Below are positions 1 to 10,314 of a stretch of 30,282 bases of DNA, one piece after another. Both the position numbers and the translations under genes were made by a program. The stretch lies in the IMG/VR virus record IMGVR_UViG_2671181050_000003; one strand, 5' to 3'. Position 1 is the first letter of the stretch, and every line of letters begins with the position of its first letter. The stretch comes from a virus. Its lineage: Duplodnaviria; Heunggongvirae; Uroviricota; Caudoviricetes. The notes under the pieces are model-generated. The model saw nothing but the letters and a program-made list of their open reading frames with translations. It had not been told where the DNA came from and did no database searches.

Positions 1-348
1 AAGACGCGTCTGCGTTGACTTCCCGTAGTCCCATTTACGCCCATTGTGCTCAAACGTGTAGTTCGCCGCTTCCATCGAATTACGCCAGGCGTTGATCTCA
101 TTAATTTTCTGTTGTCTGGCTTTTTCCACCGCATCTTCCGGTTGAGTATACGGCGCGATTTGACCATATTGACCTGAGTTCAGTGCCTGCCAGAGTTCTT
201 TTCCATGAGGGGCTTCGTCCGTTGGTGTCGCCGTAAACGGAAGCCAGTCCGTCTCCTCCTCGTCAACTCCGGTGAGTTTCACCAGACAGTTGATACATCC
301 CTGCCTGGTATATACCGGATCCTTAACCGCACTGATCGCTATTATCAT
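1..348 (-). CDS. Tail fiber assembly protein (Tfa-like), N-terminal 116 codons; 3' end runs off the window
   Basis: Minus-strand ORF not in the supplied track because it has no in-window stop. ATG at 346-348 preceded by GAGGT, 11 nt downstream of the tail fiber stop. My translation MIIAISAVKDPVYTRQG...INAWRNSMEAANYTFEHNGRKWDYG resembles Tfa-type proteins and it sits where tfa follows a side tail fiber gene. Confidence 0.6.
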   Translation of the reverse strand, partial: MIIAISAVKDPVYTRQGCINCLVKLTGVDEEETDWLPFTATPTDEAPHGKELWQALNSGQYGQIAPYTQPEDAVEKARQQKINEINAWRNSMEAANYTFEHNGRKWDYGKSTQTRL

Positions 349-359
349 GCCGTACCTCG

Positions 360-2312
360 TTACGCTATCCGCTGGAAAAGAGTAATAAAGTTAAACATCG
401 AGTTCTTTCCTCCTTGCATTCCTTCTGGCATCAGATCAATATATGCGGCGGGTTTAAATGCCCGCCACACCCCCGGAATGTCCTCCTCCAGTTTCAAAAA
501 CCAGATTTGATTTGGTGTCGATGCGCCTGTTTGTGTTGTCTGTATTGAAATCAGATCAATGGAGCTACCCTGAATGTTTTCATATATCCCTGATGAAAAT
601 AAGCCTTCGCCGTCAGCATAGACAGAGGACACGCCAAAAACATAAGAACCAACCGCATATTTCCCGGTGGAAACATTGCCGTCCCTTCCGGCAACCCCCT
701 GTGGGCCTGCCGGGCCAGCTGGTCCCTGCGGACCTGCAGGTCCTGTATCACCTTTTTGACCCCGGGGTCCGGCTGGGCCTGCATCACCTTTGGGACCAGC
801 TGCACCAGCCGGTCCCCGTGGGCCTGCGGGCCCCACTGCTCCCGCAGGCCCACGGAGGCCCTGCTCACCTTTCGGACCTGTGGGACCTGCCGATCCTTGC
901 TCGCCCCTGTCACCTTTCGGTCCAGGTATGCTTTCTCCCGACGGGCGGGTTGTCGCAACCTCTTCTGCCTTCTGTTTCGCTGCCCTGGCCTCATCCATTG
1001 CCGCCTTCACAGCTTTCGGTGTGGCTGCCTTCGTTTCATCATCACTGTCCGTTGCGCTGCTTAACTGCACAATTCCCTTCTGTGCCGTCGTCGCATCTGC
1101 CACATTTGCTGCGCTGCCCGCCGGGCCTGGCTCCCCACGAGGTCCCTGAGGTCCAGCTTCGCCTCGTTCACCTTTCGGACCTGCCGGACCCGGTTCACCT
1201 CTCTCTCCGGCGGGGCCCTGTAATCCTTGCGGACCACGTTCCCCGGGTTCCCCTTTCGGCCCCGCAGGTCCGGTCTCACCGCGCTCTCCCTTTGCTCCTG
1301 CCGGCCCCGGCTCACCTCTCGGACCAGCATCCCCCTTTGGTCCCTGAGGCCCCCCCGGGTCTCCTTTTTCGCCTCTGGCCCCGGTTTCACCACGCGGCCC
1401 CATTGCTCCCTGTGGCCCGGTCGCACCACGTGGGCCAGATGGCCCTGTTGCGCCAGCTGGCCCCTGCACTCCCTGAGGTCCCCGTTCTCCTGTATCACCT
1501 TTCTGGCCCGGTATGCCCTGAGGTCCGCGCTCTCCCTGCTCACCTTTCTCCCCACGCGGACCCGCCGGACCTGTTTCACCACGAGGACCAGCATCACCTT
1601 TCGGCCCTGTATCGCCTTTAGGTCCTCGTGCATTCTCAGCCATACGTCTGGCTTCTTCAGCACTAACCGTAGCAGCCTCAGCACGTTTAAGAACGTCTCC
1701 GGCGGCTTCCTGAGCCACTCTGGCGGTTTCAGCATGTTGTCTGGCCTCTTTAGCGTCAGCTGCCGCTGCCTTTTCAGACTCACCTGCCCGGGTCGCCGCC
1801 TCTGCAGCCTCACTGGCTTTTTGTGCAGACTCCGTCGCTTTGCTTGTCGCAGCCTTCGCGCTTTCTGATGCAGTCTTCGCACTGGCAGCAGCGCTTTCCT
1901 TCGACTGTGAAGCCTGATTATTTTTCACCGCCGTGTCTTCGTTCAGACGACGAATCGTGGCAAGGTCATCCGCCACATTGTTCTGTATCTGCCGGAAATC
2001 TGTCAGCAGTTCTCCGGGTATGCTCACCTCAACAAGACTACGCCGTAACAGCATATTGAGCGTCACCGTACTTTCAGTCCCCTCAATACGCACACGTCCG
2101 TAGACAGCAGTCTTCCCTTTCACCGTCACAGAAACCGCATACTCCCCCGGCTCCAGCGTCATTCCGTAATATCCACCTTCACGGGTCACTGCTGACGCAC
2201 TGGTGCCGCTGAGCGCATCCGGTGAAACTGTCAGCGCCGTCAGGGTAATATTTGCGCCTGATATTGCCTCACCATCAGGAGATTTCAGCGTCCCCGAAAC
2301 AACAACACTCAC
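360..2312 (-). CDS. Tail fiber protein with collagen-like Gly-X-Y repeats (650 aa)
   Basis: Two long Gly-X-Y runs ([29 protein letters not shown]...) and an Ala/Lys/Ser/Glu-rich segment in the translation; start codon overlaps the upstream gene stop (ATGA); lies at the distal end of the structural module, followed by a Tfa-like gene. Confidence 0.8.
   Translation of the reverse strand: MSVVVSGTLKSPDGEAISGANITLTALTVSPDALSGTSASAVTREGGYYGMTLEPGEYAVSVTVKGKTAVYGRVRIEGTESTVTLNMLLRRSLVEVSIPGELLTDFRQIQNNVADDLATIRRLNEDTAVKNNQASQSKESAAASAKTASESAKAATSKATESAQKASEAAEAATRAGESEKAAAADAKEARQHAETARVAQEAAGDVLKRAEAATVSAEEARRMAENARGPKGDTGPKGDAGPRGETGPAGPRGEKGEQGERGPQGIPGQKGDTGERGPQGVQGPAGATGPSGPRGATGPQGAMGPRGETGARGEKGDPGGPQGPKGDAGPRGEPGPAGAKGERGETGPAGPKGEPGERGPQGLQGPAGERGEPGPAGPKGERGEAGPQGPRGEPGPAGSAANVADATTAQKGIVQLSSATDSDDETKAATPKAVKAAMDEARAAKQKAEEVATTRPSGESIPGPKGDRGEQGSAGPTGPKGEQGLRGPAGAVGPAGPRGPAGAAGPKGDAGPAGPRGQKGDTGPAGPQGPAGPAGPQGVAGRDGNVSTGKYAVGSYVFGVSSVYADGEGLFSSGIYENIQGSSIDLISIQTTQTGASTPNQIWFLKLEEDIPGVWRAFKPAAYIDLMPEGMQGGKNSMFNFITLFQRIA
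677..1628. repeat. Collagen-like Gly-X-Y coding repeats (two blocks) inside the tail fiber gene
   Basis: Periodic GC-rich triplet repeats; they generate the long spurious ORFs seen in other frames and on the opposite strand (458..1621, 1061..1882, 790..1149). Confidence 0.7.
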
Positions 2313-2959
2313 ATTCCACCTCCGTTAAACACCTTCTTGCGGGCAGACAATGCACTGTCTGCACCCTGTTTAATCCCGAGCTGCTCAACAAAACTCTGAT
2401 AATGTTGTGCTGCCAGTCCTGACTCTGCACCACCGGCTGCATCCTTGCTGAATGCACGAAACAACATCCAGTCAACCAGCGGGTTAACATAAGCCTCTTC
2501 CAGCGGTACAGGCGTGTCATCATCCTGCGTCAGAACATACACCGCCTCCGGAATGCGGCTGACCACAGCATCAACACTCACAGCCTCCTCCGGTGCCGGA
2601 AACAGCCAGAACACGCGCGGGGCAAGGTCACTGCTGATAAAGCATTCCGGTTTCCCCCTCAGCATGTGCCAGTCGGGATACTGTGCATCAAGCACCTCAC
2701 GGGATTGCGGTTTTATAGCACTACCATCGCTGAGGCATATCACGTCAAGAAGCTGTATTGCGCCATCAGGCAAAGTCTGACGTGCACCAGGAACACAATT
2801 CAGCGTCTCCAGACTTGCGCCTGCATCCGGCCTTGCCAGAATCACCGCCCGCACAGCATCATTGTAATAATCACACAGCTCAGCCAGAGGCCAGCGCACC
2901 ATCATCGGGTCAACCAGTTGCGTGTTCACTCGTCCGATGATTTCAGTAATCGTCGTCAT
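2309..2959 (-). CDS. Hypothetical virion structural protein (216 aa)
   Basis: Start and stop codons overlap neighbouring genes (translational coupling) between the head genes and the tail fiber; no motif recognised. Confidence 0.55.
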   Translation of the reverse strand: MTTITEIIGRVNTQLVDPMMVRWPLAELCDYYNDAVRAVILARPDAGASLETLNCVPGARQTLPDGAIQLLDVICLSDGSAIKPQSREVLDAQYPDWHMLRGKPECFISSDLAPRVFWLFPAPEEAVSVDAVVSRIPEAVYVLTQDDDTPVPLEEAYVNPLVDWMLFRAFSKDAAGGAESGLAAQHYQSFVEQLGIKQGADSALSARKKVFNGGGM

Positions 2960-3564
2960 CAGTAAAACCTTTGTCTGCGGACAGGATTGCGGTATGAGGA
3001 GTACGGACTTGTCGCCAGTGTGTCGCGATATGCCCGACGGATACCCTCAGAAAACAGCACAGAGAAATACTGTGCGCGCGACGGGTCTGACCATGAAACC
3101 CCGGTCTGCATGAACAACCGTTCAAGCGCCCCTGCAGCCACTTCTTCAGACCATGCCCGCAGTTCATCCTGCACCTGACGGCTCCCTGCTTTCGGAGCAA
3201 CGGCATAAAGCACACTCACCTCTCCGGGCGAACAGGCAAAATGCATTACCCGCCCCGGGCGGATTTCCACATCCTGACCACCAACGCTAACCACAAAACT
3301 GTTCTCCGCTTCTGCAAGAGCAACCTGTTCTCTTTCCTGCGCCTGCTGTGCCTGCCGCAACTGCTCATCCTGTTGTTGCTTTTTGAGCACACCATCAAGC
3401 TCTTCATGACGAACCCAGACATCCGGAAAGGCCAGCAACTGCCAGGCAAGCGCGCTGTCAACATGCACCGGCTCAAGACGCGGAAACAGTGTACGACTGC
3501 CGGTAAGGGTATCCTTTTTCACGGGTTTGGGGCCGATATAGACAACGGCAATTTTCTCGCTCAT
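2959..3564 (-). CDS. Hypothetical virion structural protein (201 aa)
   Basis: GGGGAA ribosome-binding site upstream of the ATG; Gln-rich central coiled-coil-like segment; position in the structural operon. Confidence 0.55.
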   Translation of the reverse strand: MSEKIAVVYIGPKPVKKDTLTGSRTLFPRLEPVHVDSALAWQLLAFPDVWVRHEELDGVLKKQQQDEQLRQAQQAQEREQVALAEAENSFVVSVGGQDVEIRPGRVMHFACSPGEVSVLYAVAPKAGSRQVQDELRAWSEEVAAGALERLFMQTGVSWSDPSRAQYFSVLFSEGIRRAYRDTLATSPYSSYRNPVRRQRFY

Positions 3565-3578
3565 ATAATTCCCCGGAT

Positions 3579-3601
3579 AAAAAAGCCCGCATGACGCGGG
3601 C
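3579..3601 (-). terminator. Hairpin terminator between the 130-aa and 201-aa genes
   Basis: GCCCGC/GCGGGC stem followed by a T-run on the minus strand. Confidence 0.4.
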
Positions 3602-3614
3602 CGGAAGGTTTATA

Positions 3615-4007
3615 TCAGTATCCCACTACGGTATAACGCAGCAGAACATTCAGGGTACCGGTCGCAGCAGCTGTCTTAATGGTGACCGTAACCAGCTCTC
3701 CATCACTCTGTGTGGTGTACGGCTCCACTGGCACATATTTAGCAAAGCTGGCAGTTACTGCACCACTGTCACCAATGAGCTCATGCTTGCCAGATTTAAC
3801 GCTGACGGTCGCCGTACCACCAAGACCACCTTTTGAAATCAGTTGGATCCCATTAATGCGAACGCCAGTCGGCAGTGAGAGAAGATTAATAACGGTTTCC
3901 TGTTCGGCAGCATTCACTGTAAACACACCTTCTGCCACCGACTCATTACCATGCGTACCTGAATAAACCCGCTCACTCAGTGACGGAGCAAGGATAGTCT
4001 TTGCCAT
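3615..4007 (-). CDS. Hypothetical protein (130 aa), possibly a head decoration or accessory structural protein
   Basis: AGGAG ribosome-binding site; Thr/Val/Gly-rich beta-type composition; sits directly after the capsid gene and is bracketed by hairpin terminators on both sides. Confidence 0.55.
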   Translation of the reverse strand: MAKTILAPSLSERVYSGTHGNESVAEGVFTVNAAEQETVINLLSLPTGVRINGIQLISKGGLGGTATVSVKSGKHELIGDSGAVTASFAKYVPVEPYTTQSDGELVTVTIKTAAATGTLNVLLRYTVVGY

Positions 4008-4022
4008 AATTAATGACTCCTG

Positions 4023-4045
4023 AAAAAGCCGGGCGATAACCCGGC
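4023..4045 (-). terminator. Hairpin terminator downstream of the capsid gene
   Basis: GCCGGG/CCCGGC stem with a 6-nt loop followed by TTTTT on the minus strand. Confidence 0.45.
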
Positions 4046-4061
4046 ATGGGGAAAGGAAAAA

Positions 4062-5276
4062 TCACAGCTTCACTGCGGTATCAACGGCAATAACACCGTG
4101 ATCCTGCATCTTGCCGCTCTTCTCGGGGAAACGGATTTTTTTCAGACCGTTGATCCAGCTGATTGCTATCTCAGTACGGTTATCCATATCCGTTTTCTTC
4201 TCAACCATGTTGAAGTGGCCGCCGCCCTTCTGGCCGTACGCATTCGCCAGCGCCTGAGCCCCCAGCAGCATGGCACGGTCGATGTTGGTCTTGGCCTGCT
4301 TCTCCTCTGTGGTTGCTGCCATATCGTTTTTCGATACAAGGACCTTTGAGTCCTTATAGAAACGGATCGGCATCCCCGCATACTTACGGACCAGAATATT
4401 GCGCCACATCGCACATTCGCCTTTAAACAGCGGATGGTTAAAACCTTTTGAGCGGTTTACGGCACGCGTCATCATCTGGTTCCAGTCCTTGCCGGACGTG
4501 GAGGTGTACCAGTCATTCCACTGACGCGGCGTGACGTAGAGGACGTAATACGGATCTTCGCCATACAGCTCATCACCGGACAGGCGTACCGGTTGTAACG
4601 GATGAGCCATCTCGTCAATAAACAGTGAGAGATTATCGACCAGCGCAAGAGTGAACAGGTCAGACTGGTCAATACTCTCAAAACTCGTCGCATCCCCACC
4701 GAAAAAATGACGATCATGCGTCGGCGGCAGTACGTCGTTGATCATGATTTTTTTGAATTCAGGGTGATCTGCCGTTGGCAGAATGGTGTCATCAGCAACA
4801 AAATCACCGCGGGCACCGGCAAGATGCACTATCGCACACTGGTCCTGCAGGTCGTTAAAGTACGTACCCAGCAGCGTTCTGGCAGAGGATGCCAGGTTGA
4901 ACTTCGTACGCTGCTGGCTCATACGTCCGCCCGCATCCACCAGGTGACGGCCCTGATTAATTTTCAGGGAAAAATCAGCATGGCTGAGGTCTTCACCACG
5001 GCCTTCAACGCGCTCATCCCCCATCGTCGGACGTTTAGAGAGTTTGTGCATGATGCTGAACGTCACTTCATCACCGGCCTGTTTGTTGAGGTCCGTGATT
5101 CGCACAACCGGTGCACCGGCACTGGTCTGCTTCGTGCTTTTCTTGTCAGGCGAAACTGCTTTTGGTGCATCCTGCTGTTCAGTGAGTATATTCACCATTG
5201 AGCGGTTGCGGTTGGCAGCCGTGAAAAGCGCCACCTGATACAGCTTATTCGCCTGGGCTGTTGTTACTGTGGTCAT
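4062..5276 (-). CDS. Major capsid protein (404 aa), assigned by position
   Basis: A 404-aa ORF immediately after the scaffold-like gene in the terminase-portal-scaffold-capsid order, followed by a terminator; no sequence motif recognised. Confidence 0.65.
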   Translation of the reverse strand: MTTVTTAQANKLYQVALFTAANRNRSMVNILTEQQDAPKAVSPDKKSTKQTSAGAPVVRITDLNKQAGDEVTFSIMHKLSKRPTMGDERVEGRGEDLSHADFSLKINQGRHLVDAGGRMSQQRTKFNLASSARTLLGTYFNDLQDQCAIVHLAGARGDFVADDTILPTADHPEFKKIMINDVLPPTHDRHFFGGDATSFESIDQSDLFTLALVDNLSLFIDEMAHPLQPVRLSGDELYGEDPYYVLYVTPRQWNDWYTSTSGKDWNQMMTRAVNRSKGFNHPLFKGECAMWRNILVRKYAGMPIRFYKDSKVLVSKNDMAATTEEKQAKTNIDRAMLLGAQALANAYGQKGGGHFNMVEKKTDMDNRTEIAISWINGLKKIRFPEKSGKMQDHGVIAVDTAVKL

Positions 5277-5298
5277 TACGTCAGTACTCCTTCAGTGG

Positions 5299-6306
5299 TT
5301 ACCCGAGTTTTTCCAGAATCGCGTCAATTTCAGCGTCCGTCATGCCTCGCATGGCGGCTTCAATTTCGGTATGGGAAGCACCAAGTAACCGTTCAAAATT
5401 ATCACCGGTTCCGACGGAAGCCGTGTTGCCAAGCTCTGACGGGGAAGCAGGCACTGCCATCTCCCGTTCAGCGGCTTTCACTTTTTCTTCCGCCGTTTTC
5501 CGGATATCCGTGTTGTCTGCCTTGTCATCAGAAGGCGGCTCACTGGCTTCACCGAAAGCAAGCTGCGTACGGCGGGCCACTTCGGCGAAACGTTCAGTGA
5601 GCGGTTTGTCTTTCCATGCGGGGTCATTCTGGAGCTTCCCGTCGATGGATACGGCAACCGAGAAGCGATCCGGATCGGAGTTCTGCCACGTTTTCAGCAC
5701 CGGCACGGCATTCATCGCATCAAGAACCGGTGATAAATCCTCACCACCATGACCTTCTGCCTGCTGTGCTGATTGCTGAACACGGGACTGGAGATAGTTA
5801 TTTTTACGGATGAGCGAAGCCACCGCGTCACCAATTTCCGGATACATCTCCCTGATACGGGCAATCTTCTCATCAGAGATTTTTTCGTTTTCCGGTAACG
5901 GTGCGGGTTTCATACCGGCCTGGTGGATCTGAGACGTCAGCAGTTCAACCAGGCGTTTTTCTTCGGCTATCTGTCCCCGAAGAAGTGCGGCTTCCTGTTC
6001 GGCCCGCTGCTTACCGGAACGTTCAGCCTCAAGGACTTCATAGGGAATGACGTGTTTACCATCGCGGGTGAGCACACCCTTCGCCTCCGGCTCCTTCACG
6101 TCCTGCGTCTGCTCAGCACTGGCATCCGGCGTCGGTGCCGCAGTGTTATCGCCCGTCTGTGTCTGTGCTGCCTCATCCGCATGATTTTCTGTGGCGGCCT
6201 CTGTCACGCCGTCCTGTTCGTGACCGTCAATATCCACATCCCCAAGCCCTTCCAGCATTTTTTCCAGTTGTTCCGGGGTTTCTTCACCCGTAAATTCAAA
6301 ATCCAT
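5299..6306 (-). CDS. Scaffolding protein (335 aa)
   Basis: Highly acidic, Ala/Glu/Gln-rich helical protein between portal and capsid genes; GGAG ribosome-binding site. Confidence 0.6.
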   Translation of the reverse strand: MDFEFTGEETPEQLEKMLEGLGDVDIDGHEQDGVTEAATENHADEAAQTQTGDNTAAPTPDASAEQTQDVKEPEAKGVLTRDGKHVIPYEVLEAERSGKQRAEQEAALLRGQIAEEKRLVELLTSQIHQAGMKPAPLPENEKISDEKIARIREMYPEIGDAVASLIRKNNYLQSRVQQSAQQAEGHGGEDLSPVLDAMNAVPVLKTWQNSDPDRFSVAVSIDGKLQNDPAWKDKPLTERFAEVARRTQLAFGEASEPPSDDKADNTDIRKTAEEKVKAAEREMAVPASPSELGNTASVGTGDNFERLLGASHTEIEAAMRGMTDAEIDAILEKLG

Positions 6307-6418
6307 AAATAACTCCGCATGGTCTGTTTATCGGACAGATCCGAATGGTTGAGTAAATAAGGCTTATCGCTGCCCCCGCGAATAAGCGCACCGCTCCCGG
6401 AACGCTTATCTCCGGAAA

Positions 6419-6443
6419 CAAAAAACCCCGTACGATGACGGGG
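6419..6443 (-). terminator. Hairpin terminator between portal and scaffold genes
   Basis: CCCCGT/ACGGGG stem followed by TTTTTTGTTT on the minus strand. Confidence 0.4.
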
Positions 6444-6463
6444 TTCCGTTAAGTTCAGGATTT

Positions 6464-8608
6464 TCAGAGCGGCATTTCATGCATCCGCTGTTGTAGTGTA
6501 TGCAGCATCTGTTGCTGAAGAACTTCCTGCTCCTGTTCCATATTCTGTATGCCGGTAATGATTTCTGCCGTATGTGCCTGGTTAAGCGCATCCACATAAC
6601 GCTGTCCCTGTGCCGCGGCGACATCCCGTTGTGCGCCAGCATTATCCCGTTGCGCAGCCGCGCGTGCCCTGGCAGCTTCTGCTTCCAGTTTAGCCACCCG
6701 GCCTGTCATTTCGCGCATCTGAAGTTCTGCCTGCTGTTGCTCCAGCGCCTGCTGTTGTGCTGCCGCTTCCTGCTCTTCCGGAGTCATCTCATCCGGTGAT
6801 TTTGGCGTCCCCAGCGCCGCACGAATACGTTCGACAAATTCCTGTTTCTGCGGCACATCCAGAAGATTAACCCACAGATCGAGCACAACAGCCTGCACCT
6901 GAGGCGGCAGCCCCTGAATAACCTCTGACATTCTCTGTGCAAGCTGTGCCTTAAACGCCGGTGTCTGCTGAACAGGAGCCAGCGCAATATGTGTATTTAA
7001 CCTTGAAATATCATTGGTCAGTTCACCATTATCACCTTCAGCATTGAGGACAATGGTCTGGCGACGCTGACGATCATCGCGATTAATCACCACCGCATGA
7101 TTGCGCCGCTTTTTCAGGTCATCAAGAAGATAAGCGAGCAACAGCCTTCCCACCTGCTGGCAGGCAAACTGGTAGTTATCGTTGATTTCGGCAAGGGTTG
7201 TGGCTCCCTGCTCCACCAGGTTGCTGATCGCCACACCGGACGATGCATTTGAATCCTGCCCGAGAAATGCGGAATAAACCCCCATCGTGTCCTGGATAAG
7301 TTTTTCCGACTCCTGCATGACCTGAAACTGCTGGCTGGCAACCTGAAAATCCTGTTCAACCCGGAAAACATCAGCAACGCTTTTCTGATTTTTTCGGGCC
7401 GGATTCAGTTTAATAATGCCATCCGGACGCTCGATCTGCTCCATCAGCTCGTTGTCTGACAACTGGGTGGCATCCTCGTCCATAATCACGCGTTTGGCCT
7501 GAAGCAACCACGTCAGTTTTATACGACGAAAATTCACCTCATCCTGTGCCGGAATGGCCCGGGAAATCAGCCCGTAAGGCTCCCCGGTTTTATCCTTCCG
7601 GTATCCCCAGAAGGGAACCAGCGGGAACATCCCCTGCGGCGCACTGCAGGGGCGATCCACAATAAAGTGCGGTCCCACAAACCAGGCTTCACGAATACGA
7701 CTTACCCGCCCGACTCTCACCTGCACCCGCCCGGATGCCACAGCCACCGCATGCATCAGATTATTTTTATCAAAGGCCACCACCCGTCCATTACTGAGTT
7801 CAATCACCGGAAGACGCTCGAATGTACGGTAATAAACCACCTGAAGCAGCACACGACGGCGTTCACGCTGAAGCCATTCGTTCTGCTGTCGATCCCATGA
7901 CTGATACTCTTCCCATGCACTCATCAACGGACTGGGCTGGCCTTCAGTAACCGTGGTATCGACAAAACCACGCCAGTCATCAATGGCATAATCGATAACC
8001 TGAGCCATTCCCGGAAATGTGGCTTTTGCCTCATCGGTATCCATCCAGCGGCGGCGCATCAGCCAGCGGCAGTCACTTAAATCAGCCTCCCGGCTGAGCC
8101 AGTCCCAGAACACTTCATTCCGGCTGACAGTAGACACCTTAAACTCAGGCCCGAACGGATCGCTGTTCCGTCTGACCTCCACCCAGCTGAGCCCCGCTTT
8201 GATTTGTTCCGCATAGGCATCAGAACGGGCTTTATTCATATTTCCAAGGCGGCAAGCATCGGCAAATTCAGCATTAATAGCTTCAGCCAGTTTTTCTGTT
8301 TCATCATCAGGATCATCTGATATCACCAACAGATCAGTCCGCGTTTTGGCCTCCATACCCAGAACACCATCAACGGTAGGCGCGATGAGGTTATGGATGG
8401 TCATCGGCTGACCGCGATCTTTCAACACCTGGAGAACTTCCAGTGGCAACTGGTCACCATCGTAATACGCACAGGCCTTGTTTGCGGCATCGCGCCATTT
8501 AGGCTGACTGTCAATATCAGAACAAAGCGCCTGTAACTGGCGCTGAGAAAAACGCGGCGTGGCTCCGTTGTCGTTTTTCGTCGCCATGGTATTAGTTTCA
8601 TTTTTCAT
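6464..8608 (-). CDS. Portal protein (714 aa)
   Basis: Large ORF whose start overlaps the large terminase stop; size and position typical of a portal; Ala/Gln-rich C-terminal tail. Confidence 0.75.
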   Translation of the reverse strand: MKNETNTMATKNDNGATPRFSQRQLQALCSDIDSQPKWRDAANKACAYYDGDQLPLEVLQVLKDRGQPMTIHNLIAPTVDGVLGMEAKTRTDLLVISDDPDDETEKLAEAINAEFADACRLGNMNKARSDAYAEQIKAGLSWVEVRRNSDPFGPEFKVSTVSRNEVFWDWLSREADLSDCRWLMRRRWMDTDEAKATFPGMAQVIDYAIDDWRGFVDTTVTEGQPSPLMSAWEEYQSWDRQQNEWLQRERRRVLLQVVYYRTFERLPVIELSNGRVVAFDKNNLMHAVAVASGRVQVRVGRVSRIREAWFVGPHFIVDRPCSAPQGMFPLVPFWGYRKDKTGEPYGLISRAIPAQDEVNFRRIKLTWLLQAKRVIMDEDATQLSDNELMEQIERPDGIIKLNPARKNQKSVADVFRVEQDFQVASQQFQVMQESEKLIQDTMGVYSAFLGQDSNASSGVAISNLVEQGATTLAEINDNYQFACQQVGRLLLAYLLDDLKKRRNHAVVINRDDRQRRQTIVLNAEGDNGELTNDISRLNTHIALAPVQQTPAFKAQLAQRMSEVIQGLPPQVQAVVLDLWVNLLDVPQKQEFVERIRAALGTPKSPDEMTPEEQEAAAQQQALEQQQAELQMREMTGRVAKLEAEAARARAAAQRDNAGAQRDVAAAQGQRYVDALNQAHTAEIITGIQNMEQEQEVLQQQMLHTLQQRMHEMPL

Positions 8609-10314
8609 CAGTGAGCCATCCAGTGTGTGGTTCTGCGTTTATCCGTTTTCTGTTTTACCCTCACCAGCATTCTGGCGCGCATCTCCTGGGCAATCATGTA
8701 GCTCATAAGCTGATCATCAAAACAGCCTTCCTGTGCATTCATGGAGCCTTTCGCGTCATAAACGTAGGTGTTCATTTCTGATAATGTGCCCGACCAGCGG
8801 ATCCCCGACAGGCCGTTATTCAGCAGCGTTTTCATTCCCTCTGTCAGGACCGGTTTACTCTGGCGGGTTGTCAGCCAGCCAAGACGGGGCGTATCGTCGT
8901 CATATGCCTGGTCAAGGTGCTGTTCGTTGTAGATATAACGCGTCGGATAGAGTTCCCTGAGTTTCAGGATAACGGCATGTCCGTGATTGTTACGCTCCGG
9001 CCCCACAAACGCATTGTTGTACATACGGCAGACCTGCGCAATGAGATGAGCGAAAAGCTCCGCATCGAGATGACCAAACCAGTGAGCCACCTGCTCACCA
9101 TTACTGCATCTGATGATATCCAGCGATGAGCGGTCTCCGTGCTCCAGCCCCTCAGCGGTATCCGCTCCGCATACATACTCTTCATCCGGATCCGGCAGCT
9201 CCCAGACCAGCAGATAATTCATCAGCGTCCGGTGCTGTTCGGCTTTATTCCCGTCACGCAGAGACTGCGCTTTGGTCTTCGTTCCTGTAACCGGTTCAAT
9301 GTCATAAACAATCAGCGGTGGCGAACAGAATGACTCTGCCTGCAGCGTGCTTTCCGCACTGAACACCCGTCGTCCTGACGTCAGAAACGCCTCCTGTGGC
9401 GTTGAGGGAAATTCCTGCTTCATTTCCTCACGCTGTTCAGTTTCCTTGCAGATGTACCAGTGTTTCTGCTCATCGGTAAGCGTGATGTTCATTGCTTTTT
9501 CAACCGCAGAAAAATACGCTGTTTTTTCCCGTGACAGCTTAAGTCCGCTTTCCGGCACTCTGGCGCTGTATTTGAGATCCTGCCACCAGGCGTAAAAATG
9601 GAATTTATAATCCTGTGGCGTCAGCGCCAGCCCTGATGCAGTGATTTCCTGTGCCCGGTTACTCATCTCGTAAAAATCGCCACCCACACCTTCAGCAGTG
9701 GATTCATCAAAAATAATGCATTCATCAGAGACGGCATTAAGCGTACCGGTTCGCAGCTCTTTCGCCTTAGCCGGATATTTCGCGCAAATTTTGCCGTGTT
9801 CTGAGATATGCAGGCGCTGCACCGTACCTGAGCGAAATGAGGTTGCCACCTGAATACTCGAGCCGTGACCAAACAGGATATAGCCACCGCTGGCACCGCT
9901 ACGACGTTCAACGATGGTGAATGAGGCTCTCAGCCAGTCAGGGAGATGATCAAACGGTACAGCAATTTTTGTGCGGAAAATTTCACTGGCAGCCTGTTTA
10001 TCCTGAGCGACGATCCCGCATTTGAGATGCGGAATGAATAATGCCTGGTCGAGAAGATAAATATCAATGGCTGTGGAAAATCCCAGCTGGCGCGCTTTCA
10101 GGATAATGTTTTTATTATGCATGTTACGAAACAACTGACGTTGCGCCGGTCGCATTCTGAAGGTGACCAGTTCACCTTTTTCGTTCTGTATTTTGTAGAG
10201 ATGATTGAGGCGCCACCAGGGATTGCTCAGTTTTGTCATAATGAACAGACGTTGTTCGGTCTCAGTCATTTCTGCAGATTCATCACATCGCGGTTTATTC
10301 TTCCGGAATGTCAT
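8608..10314 (-). CDS. Terminase large subunit (568 aa)
   Basis: Size and position directly downstream of the small terminase gene with overlapping start; N-terminal ATPase-like region and C-terminal acidic nuclease-like region. Confidence 0.8.
   Translation of the reverse strand: MTFRKNKPRCDESAEMTETEQRLFIMTKLSNPWWRLNHLYKIQNEKGELVTFRMRPAQRQLFRNMHNKNIILKARQLGFSTAIDIYLLDQALFIPHLKCGIVAQDKQAASEIFRTKIAVPFDHLPDWLRASFTIVERRSGASGGYILFGHGSSIQVATSFRSGTVQRLHISEHGKICAKYPAKAKELRTGTLNAVSDECIIFDESTAEGVGGDFYEMSNRAQEITASGLALTPQDYKFHFYAWWQDLKYSARVPESGLKLSREKTAYFSAVEKAMNITLTDEQKHWYICKETEQREEMKQEFPSTPQEAFLTSGRRVFSAESTLQAESFCSPPLIVYDIEPVTGTKTKAQSLRDGNKAEQHRTLMNYLLVWELPDPDEEYVCGADTAEGLEHGDRSSLDIIRCSNGEQVAHWFGHLDAELFAHLIAQVCRMYNNAFVGPERNNHGHAVILKLRELYPTRYIYNEQHLDQAYDDDTPRLGWLTTRQSKPVLTEGMKTLLNNGLSGIRWSGTLSEMNTYVYDAKGSMNAQEGCFDDQLMSYMIAQEMRARMLVRVKQKTDKRRTTHWMAH

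Noticed and set aside
205-510. 101-aa plus-strand ORF spanning the tail fiber/tfa junction
   Set aside because: Antisense to two well-supported minus-strand genes; no ribosome-binding site.
458-1621. 387-aa plus-strand ORF, and the 119-aa and 102-aa plus ORFs, opposite the tail fiber gene
   Set aside because: Pro/Leu/His-rich low-complexity translations produced by reading the collagen triplet repeats in antisense; no ribosome-binding site; fully overlapped by the strongly supported tail fiber gene.
1061-1882. 273-aa minus-strand ORF in an alternative frame of the tail fiber gene (also 551..994 and 1227..1868)
   Set aside because: Arg-rich out-of-frame reading of the same collagen repeat DNA; frame artifact.
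4707-5201. 164-aa plus-strand ORF inside the capsid gene
   Set aside because: Antisense overlap with the capsid gene; no start-site support.
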